64,000 nt of DNA from Utricularia gibba (lineage: Eukaryota; Plantae; Magnoliophyta), in the NCBI GenBank assembly GCA_002189035.1, contig NEEC01000017.1:434001-498000 (forward strand), in the 5' to 3' direction. Below the pieces are notes generated by a model. It ran no database searches and had not been told where the DNA came from. It saw only the letters and a program-made list of their open reading frames with translations. The translations under genes were made by a program, and so were the position numbers. The first letter of the stretch is position 1, and the number at the start of each line of letters is the position of its first letter. Of the stretch, positions 24,835 to 36,488 are shown one piece after another.

Positions 24835-26324
24835 TTGCTTGCATCACCCCTTCTTTCTACCTGCTCCTTTCGTCCACGCAAGATAATGCGACGTAAATGG
24901 TCACTTGATCATCATCTAGAAACGCAAGAGTCCTCCATCCCATCCACTGATGATCATGGTAAGGTCTCATCCCTTAGAACTCCTGACTTGGGCTGTGACA
25001 TATCTATCTATCTATCTATCCACCATGTTGTCTTTGGGGGTTTAGTTTGCTTGTTGAAAATTGGGTAGGCTTCTTGAGCCTGCTCGTAGTCAAATGAATA
25101 TGGCCCGAAGTTGAATTTTGTTACAACTCTATGCTGTAGTTACCGTGCTAGAGCAGTGATGTTTTTGTCTTCCTCTTCGGTGTTAAATGCCACGGGGAAG
25201 CTAATTTGGTTCCTTCCCCTTTTCCTGTGTGACAGAGAGGCCTAGTGAGCACTTTTTTATACCCATTAGTCCGGTCCCAGACAGTCCCCCCGCCGTTAGA
25301 TTTGACTGTTCCATTTCATGTAGGTCAGCGTTAATTACTTTCCCCCAGAGAATTATCCAGGAAATATCCCGGGGCTGGCTCCTCAATCCTGGTCTCACGT
25401 CCCTTTTAGGTCAAATCCGCATTTATGTGTTCCTTCTCTCCTTTGAACCCTTCCGCCGCCCTCCCTCCCCTCCCCTCCCCTCACGTCTCCCTCTATCATC
25501 TGCTGTGTTTAATCTACATGAATTATAAATCTGATCATGTGTCAAATATTATGTGAAAAAATTGTATCATTCATATTATGAATTTTTTAACTTAATGTGT
25601 GAGAGAGAATGCATTGATGATTATTTTTCTAAATGATTTGTTCGATCCTCTCCATCTTACATGATTTGTACAAGATTTGGTTTGGTAATGGGTGAGAGAT
25701 ATTGACGTTAAATTTTAGGTCTTGCACATGTCACCTTTCTTGATTATGGTTTGTGCCCTTTTCTCCATGTGATTAGGGTAAGTGGCATTGTGAATTTTGA
25801 CTATTTTTTTGTTTTATTTTTTTGAATAACTTGGCAATAGGGCAAAATCACATGTGTTGGCTCTGATTGGCGGGTTGTCGGTCACATGCAAAGATTCGTT
25901 GAATCGGATGATTTTTGCGAAATAAAAAAAAAATGGGGATGATGATGACAATAATCGTTTTATATTTAATTTTTTTTCCAGCCACGGTTTGGAGGATGAG
26001 GCCGGTTTGCGAAATTCTGGAAGTTTGGGGACGTGGGGTTCAATTATCCTTGGTAGTAGAAAAAGGCATACGAGTTGGTAGAGGCATTTACTGGGTTCAC
26101 GTTAGGAGGGGGAGAAAGAGGAGATAAAAAGCAGGGGGGAGGTGGTGGGTAGTATATATGCAGTGAAGTGTGAGCGCAGTGCAGTGTTTTGTGTTTGTCG
26201 TTAATGGCGGATTGCTAGACGAATCCGAGTCACAACCGACACGGGCTAGCGATTCACCGCCAATTGTTTTTCTTCTTTCTCTTCTCCCTTCGATTCGATA
26301 TTTTCTGTTTTCCGGCGGTTAATC

Positions 26325-27849
26325 ATGGAGGAGGAGGGTTCGATCGGGGCGGGCGGAGGGGGGGCGTTTGTGAGGGCGGATCAGATAGATCTGAAAAGCC
26401 TGGACGACCAGCTGCAGAGGCATCTGAGCAGGGTGTTGAGTTCGGAAGGGGGAGGAATGGCTACCAGAGACGTTCGGGTGAAGAAGCGCCATGATTGGGA
26501 GATCGATCCTGCGAAACTTGTAATCAAATCTGTTATAGCGCGTGGGACTTTTGGAACCGTTCACCGTGGAACTTACGACGGTCAAGATGTTGCCGGTATG
26601 GTAGCCGTCGTGGTTTTGGGGGGTGAAATTGGGCGTTTTTTCAACTTTTTGTGGTTTTTTTGCAGTGAAGCTTCTGGATTGGGGTGAAGAAGGGCAAAGG
26701 TCACGGGCTGAAACTGCAGCAGTTAGAGCAGCATTTGCTCAGGAAGTGTCTGTGTGGCACAAGCTTGACCACCCCAACGTAACCAAGGTAAATAAACCAC
26801 CTTCAACTTGTGATGTACTGGGAATGCTTTGGGACACGAAAAAAAGTCCCTTCAGTTTTTTGTGTGCCACTTTTCGATGTCCCTGGTAAAATCTGCAGTT
26901 CATAGGGGCTTCGATGGACACATCGGATCTTAACTTACAGAGAGACAACAGTAACTTCGATATCTCCCAAAGGGTTTGTTGTGTTGTTGTTGAGTATTTG
27001 CCAGGGGGAGCCTTGAAAAACTTCCTCATTAAGAATTGTCGAAAGAAACTTCCTTTCAAGGTGGTCGTCCAATTGGCTCTGGATGTTTCCCGCGGGTAAG
27101 TAAATCCTTCACATGATAATCTTGATGGATACATGTGGTTATGCACAGGTCTGTCTGAATAGACGTTATTTTCCAGCTTGAGCTATCTCCACTCCAAGAA
27201 AATTGTCCACCGGGACGTGAAAACAGAGAACGTGCTGCTTGACAAGAATCGCACAGCCAAACTGGCTGATTTTGGGTTGCCCGTGTCGAGGCCTCGAATC
27301 CACATGACATGACAGGGGAGACCGGAACCCTTGGTTACATGGCTCCTGAGGTGCATCCATCATCCCCGCATTGCTTTTCTTCATGGTTCGAGAAGCTGAT
27401 AACTGTGGCTCTCTCTCTACCTGTTGTCTTTAGGTTCTGAATGGTAATCCATACAACCGAAAATGCGACGTGTACAGTTTTGGCATCTGCCTGTGGGAGA
27501 TATATTGCTGCGACATGCCGTATCCAGATCTCAGTTTCTCCGAACTCACCTCAGCCGTAGTTCGCCAGGTAAGGCAAAGTATCTGAGAGATGACAGCAGT
27601 CTGAATCCAAAACCTCCTGTCTGAACTAGATGAGTTGCTGCAGAATCTGAGGCCGGATATCCCCGGTGTTGCCCCTCCTCTCTGGCCAACGTGATGAGAA
27701 GATGTTGGGATGCAAACGCTGACAAGAGACCAGAGATGGAGGAAGTCGTCTCATTGTTGGAAGCCATCGACACCTCAAGAGGAGGTGGAATGATCCCCAA
27801 GGACCAAGCCCAGGGTTGTCTCTGCTTCCGCAAATACAGAGGCCCCTGA
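26325..27849 (+). CDS. Raf-like group C Ser/Thr/Tyr kinase (CBC1/CBC2-, ATMRK1-like); apparent 1-nt frameshifts at 27274-27276 and 27661-27664
   Basis: [92 protein letters not shown]. Confidence 0.9.
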
Positions 27850-28618
27850 GATGCTGCCGCATCCGCCAGGCCAGCCCAAGACCGACCACCGGAAGCTTTA
27901 TTATATAAATACCAAGCCATGGAAGCTTAGCTCAACAACACTGGTTGGATGTTGGTAGTCTGCAACCATCCTTCCCTTCCCTTCCCTTCCCCTGCTATCC
28001 ATCGCTATATGATTGATGGTAGCAGCAGGTTTCCTGCCGAATCAACTGATCACTCAGCCCATTCGGTTGGCTTGTCAGAATCGAATTGAAGGGGAGAGGA
28101 TTGTGCTTAGAGTGTAGGTCGAGACTCAGTCAATTCTTGGAGCTGAACAGACACTACTGCTATTAGTAATAATCACTAGGCTTCCGAGATCCTTATCCTC
28201 TTCTTCTTGAGATAAGCAAAGGGGTATTTGGCTGTTACTAGTACTACTGATTCAGCTTGGAACATTTTCCTTAATAGGAGGCACAAGTAACAAGAACGCA
28301 AAATATACCTACACCATTCGTGTCTCATCTCAATAATAGACGACTAGTTTATTGATTCAGCTATTTTCAAGTCACGATGAAACCTGCAGACGCCAAACTC
28401 GCAATGGAAAGGACGACCCCCTCTCCCTCCTCCTGTTGCTACACCTCCGTTCTTTCTCTGGGATGCAAAGCATGGTTCTCTTCCTCCTCTTCCCACGTTG
28501 AATTCGCCTGTCAAACCAGAGCACATTTGAGTGATTTGGGTGTATACTTGGAGTGAATGCTATTACGCCTAGCCAACAACTTACGGATCACATGGGGTGG
28601 GAAGGAAAAGTGCGACCT

Positions 28619-31617
28619 TCACTCGCATTTGATGGAGCGATAAATGTGGCGGACGAAGAACAGGGCAGCACGGAAACCAACAGCTCCAAGCATTAGGAAG
28701 AAACCATAGCACACGCTTGCCATGTAGCCGAAGAAAAATGACGTCTGCATGAACCCAGACATGTCCGAACGAGCATAGTAGTAATACACACAGTACCCAT
28801 ATATGAAAAAGCCTGTAGATCCACCACAGAGGAAGGACCTGCGGGGAGCAAAATTATAGTTAGTCTTTTTTAAACCAGTACTTGCAGCATATTTGACGAA
28901 CAAAATCATAGTACTGGTTAGAACGACAGAGCTGATTTGGAACTGGTCAAGCTGGGCAACATACCTCCACCACCATTCATGATCTTCAGCAGCAAGTTGG
29001 AAGTATGTCAGCGCGACGGTGATAAAAGCGGTGACAATGAGGAGGATTATGAAGACGATGAATAAAATACTGTAAATGGTGTAAATTCTGTGCCCCCAGA
29101 CACTGGCGAATATATAGTAGAGCTCAATGTAAATGGCACTGAATGGCAAAAACCCAGCCATAGCCATCTGAGGCAGAGTTCCCCGGTACCAAGGTAGGGG
29201 TGGGATCTCTCTAGGATATTTAGTGGTCCGACATGGGGCTTGAAACTCTGCCTTGCTGTTCTTTCCTGCAATTCCTCCTAAAACTAACAACGGGGATGTC
29301 ACGAGAGCCCATATCAGAAATATCACCATGATGGTACCAAATGGAAGAGCAGCGGTAGCATGGTAAGCAATGGCAACAGTGTTAAGGAAGCAGAATGTAA
29401 GGAAAAGTGGCCCACAGAAGAGGCTACCGGTCAACAGCAGATTTCGAACCTGAAAACAAAGGAAAACGCCTATTCATTGAAGGAATGAACTTCAGACTGA
29501 ATACATGTTAAAACCTATGATGAGGATAATTGCCATTCATAAAAATTACCCAGTTTGTTCCCTCTAACTGGTGGTAGAAAGAGGAAGCTGTATACCCCGC
29601 AATGCCAGATGTAAGAGCATACATGACCAGAAGTGCCGTGAAAAGTGCCCCACGGTTGTATGGATAAAATACACCAACAAGGGAGAGTAAGAAAATAAAT
29701 GTTGCCCTGTGAGGAACAATTGACCAATATCAGTGATAAAAAGAATTATTTGGTGTAAATGTAAATGTAAATGTAAATGTAAATGATGAAAGTCCAGAAC
29801 AGCTACTAACAGTGTAAAAAGTTGGGTCCCGCATCCAAGGGAAGCAGCAAATAGTGAATTGTGTTTTGGAAACCTAAAGACATCCCCATGAATGTACTTC
29901 CATCCAGTTTCTTCTTGATCATCTGCCGCTTCCTCATCATGAGCATACCTACAAGGAATAGATATGACGGTTATAGTGAGGCTTCAGTCAGTGGCACGCA
30001 TTCCACTAACTTTTAAACAAAAAACGAGTCCTTACTTCACAAAGTCATTCTTAAGAACCCGCATCAAAATCGTAGCAAGAAATCCAGTGAGGAGGAGGAC
30101 AGTCACACACGAATTAATAATTGAAAACCAATGGATCTCTAAATGGCGAGGAAGTGAAGAAGAATGGGAGTACTTGTCCATCCTTTTCTCAAACGGAATT
30201 GAGGTCTCCTTCCATTTTGATGAATACATAAAGTCCACATCTACTTCCTTATCCTCCGTTAGGTCTACAAGAGCACTTGGATCTGTTCTTGCTACAATCT
30301 CTATCACACGATCCTTATTGTATGATATTTCGAAGTGTAGATGCTTAAAAAGGTAATACTTGAATTCACTAGGATCTGTTTTCTCCTCCTTGTCAACCTT
30401 TCCAAGGAAACCCCATATAGGCAAGTCATCATAATACATCTGAAAATAGTAGTCCTTTGCAACAGCATTTCGAAACTCAGCAACTTCTTTCTTAGAAAGC
30501 TTTTTCCTGCAGATGACTTCAGACTCCTTATCGACAACAAAGTCAAGCTTGTAAGGTGCACTGACCAATCGATCACCATTCAGAACCTCACCCAACGCCT
30601 CAGTTTTATCCTTCACATCACCTGTTACCAAAAGATGTAAACAAGGCAAAGAAATGATGCAATCCAAAGGGAAAATTTGGAACAGATAAGTACCTGGAGA
30701 ACAGAAGGGGAGATCAAAATATCGGTATGTTTCACTGTAATCAAAATATCGGTACGTAAGCATAAAAAAAATCGAGAATAATGCAAAATCTTGGGAAAAA
30801 AATATCAATGGCATCAAGGTGGATCATCTTTCATCACACAGATAGGACTCCGAATATGATACAGAATACAGATGATCCCTATGTTCCCTTAATTAAAAGA
30901 TGAGAATACAAGTGCAACGAATGTAGGTCAGGGACTAAATTCTCGGATGAGCCCCAACTGCATGAGGAATCAATCAAGAAAACATCATTGTACCTACACG
31001 GGAAGGGTCATTTGAGCGTCCAATAAAGTTGGATACCCATACAACATTTAATGCAAAACCATAACATCCACAGAAGAATTTCCGTTTCAAACCCCTAGAA
31101 AAGGAAAGCTTCAAGTTTGGGTGAGATCAGTTCATGCTTTCTGAAATAGGAGAGAACAATCCACAGAATGGCCATGAACAAGAGTTATCTGAAAGTCCTG
31201 TATGCAAGACAGAGCACTCAGATAACTCCTTGCAGTGTAGACGCTCGAAGGAAGTATCGCCATTTTCTCAATATGGAAACTTGAACAAAAGGTTTCCAAC
31301 TTTCCACTTCCCTAAAACACACGTGAATCACGCAGAGCCAATAGAAAGCAATAATTTCAGGCGACGATCTGCTGACTTGAATCTTATGTCAGCCAAGGCA
31401 CATTCTAGGAAACAGAAAACCTAAAGGAGATTTGACCAGAAAGAGGAAATCAAAATCATCCTCACCTGGGGTTGTGAAAGGGTCCGACCTTATTCGCATA
31501 GAGCGGAACGGAATCTCCAGGACTGTACTTGTGATTAGAACCGTCGGATCGCACCACCGGAAAACCCGCAGTGGCCGCGATGAGTAAGACGACGGCGCAC
31601 CACCTCCTGCTCGCCAT
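28619..31617 (-). CDS. TMN: Transmembrane 9 superfamily member (EMP70/TMN2-4 clade)
   Basis: Signal peptide, [77 protein letters not shown], C-terminal KCE (KxD/E Golgi motif). Confidence 0.94.
29754..29785. repeat. (TGTAAA)5 hexanucleotide microsatellite in a TMN intron
   Basis: tgtaaa tandem units read directly. Confidence 0.85.
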
Positions 31618-32743
31618 CGTCGCGAAAGGCGACATGAATGATGCAGTCGGAAATCGGAAGAAGATTGGAGAAAACAAGGAAATGGGGGAGGGGTCTCAGA
31701 TCTGGATCTGATGTTAATGCCGAGTTGAGAACAGAATGAAGAGGAGGAAATGGTGCATTAACCCTAACTCACACGCGCCGCGTGCCGAGAGTGAAGCCAC
31801 GTCCGTTGACGAAAAGGATTTTAGAGATGACGTATATAAACAAACCAAGTACAGCAATTGCGTCCTAATAGCTTCGATTTACCAAATTACCCATCAAATA
31901 TAGTATCAAGTATTTTTTTAAATTCAAAATCGGATCGGGTCGAATCAACTAAGTTATTGAATTGTATACAATACTTTTTATAAAAAAAAATTAAATATCA
32001 ACATTTGAAAACAAAAATAATTAAAAATTATTTTTAAATATTAATAAAGAGTTTAATTAAAAATTAATGAATTCAATTCAAACTATTATAAAATTAATTA
32101 AATTCAAATATCTAAACCAAAAAATGGATTATATAATTTAAAAAAAAACACTAGTTGTGTGTTTAATTGTAATTGGGCAAAATTTCGAAATAACCCATCA
32201 ACCAAATTGAATTGAACCTACACCAAAAAATTTGGTTTGATTTTGGTTACTAAAATTTACCGAGCTAACCATTTTTTTAAATAATTAGACAAATTTTATG
32301 TATTTTTATTTTTATGTTGTTTTCATCTTCTTGTGTTTAAATTTAAAAGGAATTATTTCTCTTCTTTGTATGGTTTTCTTTCCTACACCTCCGTAAGGTT
32401 TCTCTTCTCTTAGTTGTAGAATTTCAGAATTCTGTATATAGTTTCTTATCTTTAGTTTATTCAAATAAGAAGAATGAAATTAATGTTAAAACAATTATTC
32501 TAAAAATCGATTTATTCGATTAACTTGAAATTAACCGATTTAATTCCATTCAATTTCGGTATCGGTTAATCTTAATAATCACAAACGTGTTTAATTGAAA
32601 AGATTATGAGGATTTAATACAATAATTATAAATTACATTATCTTTATTCCATGAGTTTAAACAAACCTTTGATTAAAATGTTTTTTTAATTATATGGATA
32701 CCAAGTTTATTGAAATCTTCATCTCTTCTTTATTTTATTTAAG

Positions 32744-32974
32744 TAGTGTTCTGGAAAATTTTTACAATCTATTTATACTTTTAATAAGTAAAAATGATTT
32801 TGTTCTAAAATAATTTTAATTATAAAATTAATTCTATCAACAATATTTTTAAAATTATATTACAAAGATTATTTTTGAATAAATAATAAGTTGATTACTT
32901 TTCATTTTTATTTATATTTTTCAAAAATAATTTTTAAAACTAAAAATATGTTTCAAAAATTTTACAAAACACTG
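32744..32974. mobile_element. ~230-bp MITE-like element with (T/C)AGTGTT termini
   Basis: Left TAGTGTTCTGGAAAATTTTT vs reverse complement of right CAGTGTTTTGTAAAATTTTT (17/20). AT-rich interior; TSD not resolvable. Confidence 0.5.
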
Positions 32975-33239
32975 CTTTAATCTCAAATTTTTACCTATTA
33001 ACTACACATTCTTTTTCATCAAATGTTATACATTTGATATACATTTAAAATACCCTAATATCCATATGGTCCCCTCTATGACATAATCTTAGAATTATTG
33101 TTATTATCACTGCTATGGTAATAAATATTATTAGTACTATGACGTCAAATACAGTCACCAAACCAGACCAAAGACGCGAAAGGGAAAAAAGGCACAGGTA
33201 CAACAGCAAGGGTCACCTTGAAGGTGAGGGAGGTGTAGC

Positions 33240-35196
33240 TCAAATCCAAATATCAGAAGTGCAGTCGCCGCCGGGATACCTCATCTCATGGGCCAGCGCA
33301 GCTCCCTCCGGCTCCGATCCGAAATCCACGAAGAAGTTCGGATTCACCGTCAGTCCTCCCTTCTCGGTGTCCACGTCCACCTGGAGCATGTGCGCTCCCT
33401 TCTCCACTAGCTCCGGGTAGAACTGCCGATCCCAAACACTGAACAGGGAGTTAGTGACGTAGAGTCTCTTTCCGTCCAAACTCAGCTGGATCATCTGCGG
33501 TCCTCCCGGAGTTCATGGCCTTGAACCTGTGGGACATCGAATTGGTAACTTGAGCCGTCTTCGCCTACGGCTGCAACTGAGCTTCCCTTTCGGAGTAAGC
33601 CTCCCAGGAAGAGCTGGCCGGTGAGCTGGGGGTTCGATGGATCCTCGATGTTGTATTGCCTGATGTCGCCGTGGAGCCAGTTGGAGAAGTAGATGAAACG
33701 GTCGTCGAGGGATATCAGGAAGTCGGTAATGAGTCCCGGCATCTCAGGGAGGATCCAGTTTTGGACTTTCAGTGGTTTCACGGTCACGGCTAACTGCGTA
33801 GAGGAGGGTATGTTAGGGAACATGGAACAGTGTAGAAATGACAGGTTGCTGGTTTGTTAAGAGACAAAAGGTAACTAACTTACCTCGTGATCCCATTTCT
33901 CATCTGGTTTCTTGAAAAATCTCACCATGGTACTGGACAGAGCACATCCTACGAACCCAATAGGCTTGTCGGGATTATGCAGAAATCGTATCTGTGGATG
34001 AACGGAGTCACAGGAAGTATCAGTAGACAGAAAAAAAAAAAAAAAAAAAAAAACCCAAAGTGTGGCATGAAAAGCCCGCAAAAGCTCTGACCTCTAGGGG
34101 GAGGAGACCAGACGTTCCAAGATCCAATGTCTGCTTCAGCTCACCTCCCTCCGGCCAGCTATAAACATGCAAGTGTCTCCCATAAAGACCGTCGGAAACA
34201 TGCTCAAGGTTGAACCCTGTTCTGAAAGCAGCAGGGGCACCCCAAGAACTGCTGATCATAGTCTTGTGCCGCGGTTGGTACCAGAAATCGTAGCCATAGC
34301 TTGGGCTGTGACCTGGTTTCTCCCACCTTTTCACGTATAATAGAAACCATATGTGAAGAGATGAGGCAGAATCACATCAAACTACTGCCACAACTGTCTG
34401 CTATTTACCTGCCCTTGACATTAAAATCGGAGTCGAGGACAAGAAAACCACTGCCTGCGGCGTTTCCATCTTTATCTCCAAGGCAGGAAACCATGATCTC
34501 GCCAGAAGCCAAACAGTGAGCAGTGTGGGGAAAAGCCAATCCTGTTTTCTCATTTATGTCCTCAGCTTCAACAACTTTGTGTATACTTGGGGCCCTTGGA
34601 TTCTTCAGAGTATCAATTGCATATATCCGACTTGACCTTAAGTCAAACATGAAATCCAAAAGCAGATTTAGAGGCGCTCTACCATTACAAAGCACTGAAA
34701 AATGATTCATCAATTGAAACATTTTTTACTTTTGTTCGCTAACTTTTCAAAACAAGCATCTTAGTCTGATAGATACGATACTTTAGACAGAGAACACGAA
34801 TCCATAATCAATATGCACTTACAGTAACGAAGGCAGGACGAGATACCGCCGTGAGGCCAACGGATTACCATAGCAAGAACTGCACGAATTCCACCCAGAA
34901 TGGTGAAGTTCGTCATTCAATCGAGGCATCGAGAGCCTATGAATTACTTGAGAATACGTAGGCGAATTCGGATCAACATCCACAGTTGCGAGATAATCCG
35001 GTTTCTCATTTCCACTCCCTAGAATGAAAGAAAACCCGTAGAAACTCAGTTTTCGCGACCTAACTGCAAAACTACTCAGCAAAAACTCACCATTGTAGAC
35101 GCAGGTAACGTAGATGAGAGCTTCCCTAGGACCGGAAATGGCGTCCAGCGGTGAAGCGTAGCCAGGCCCCTTCCCGCAGCAACTATCTCCGGCCAT
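33240..35196 (-). CDS. SBP1: Selenium-binding protein (SBP56 / methanethiol oxidase family), 6 exons; apparent 1-nt frameshift at 33505-33507
   Basis: [100 protein letters not shown]. Confidence 0.94.
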
Positions 35197-36488
35197 TGTA
35201 CCAAGCGACTAATCCAGTCCAGGTTCACTTCTATTTTATCTGTAAAGCTGTGTGGAAAAGTCGGCCGCACTATTGAAATGTCAATAAAGGAAATCCAATT
35301 TGGACAGTTAATTTCTAAATACGTAATTAATTAACGGTTTATATTCCAAAGCAGGGACCACATGAACCCCACGTGGTGGCTATCGCTCGAATGCTTGCGT
35401 CACCTGTACGGTCAAGAAAAACGTTAGTATGATTTTTTTTTCTCTTCGGTTTTATATAAAATCCACCCTATCTTTCTACACTATTGTACATTATATTATT
35501 CCATTGACCTATTACAAGATTAATATAATCTTTTCAACACAAACACATCCGCTATCTCATCCATAACCAACACGGAATATTGACATTAAGCCCCATGCCA
35601 AAAGGGTATGAAGAGTCATAAGGTTCCATTCATGGCACTAGATTAAATAAATTTTTACTGTCAAATAAAATTGATATAAATAATATATAATATTTAATAA
35701 AAATACTATTATTAGTTTTATTGACATATTTAATCTCCAAAATTTGTTGGATAATTTTAGTATCCAAATTTTTATGTAACTAGCATATTTTCTTTTACCT
35801 CAATCATTTTTATCTCTATTGTTTAAATACTAGTTCTTCAATGTTTAAAAATGATATATATTTGATTTTCATTATTTCATAATTTAGTAAACTTGATCTC
35901 CATTTTTTCCAACTATCGTCCTCCCACCAATGATGGATGACAATAATCATCAACAGTCAAACATGAATCTAAAATATTAAAATTATATTAGAGAAAAATT
36001 AGAATTTTAAATTTAAAATCAATTTTACAATGAATTTAAATAATAGTAATCAATCATAAATAATTTTAAATAATGAAAATTAAAATAATGTTTTTAAAAA
36101 TCAATTATATCATTTAAATAAACAATATCAACTTTCCCAATTGACAAGTTTTTTTTGGTTCAATTTTCGTAGCTACTTGCTGGAAAAAATAACCGTCCCT
36201 AAACAAAATCCCCCCTCCAAGAGCTCAGCTCCGGTCATCATCCCTAATGTTACAAGAACAGCTGCCCAAAACTGAAGTACTTCTCTTATAAATACAAGTG
36301 ATCAGTCGTGCAGTTGTGTCTACCACAAGAGGGATCCATAACAGTCATAAGATCTTATTTCCCTCTTCTTGTAATACTGCAAAACAATATAATGGATGGT
36401 ACAAATGAGATGTATAGGGATACTCACGAAGGACTGCTTGCATTAGCCAGCCATGGGATGAGGGATCTCCGTATAGACTTGAAATGGT

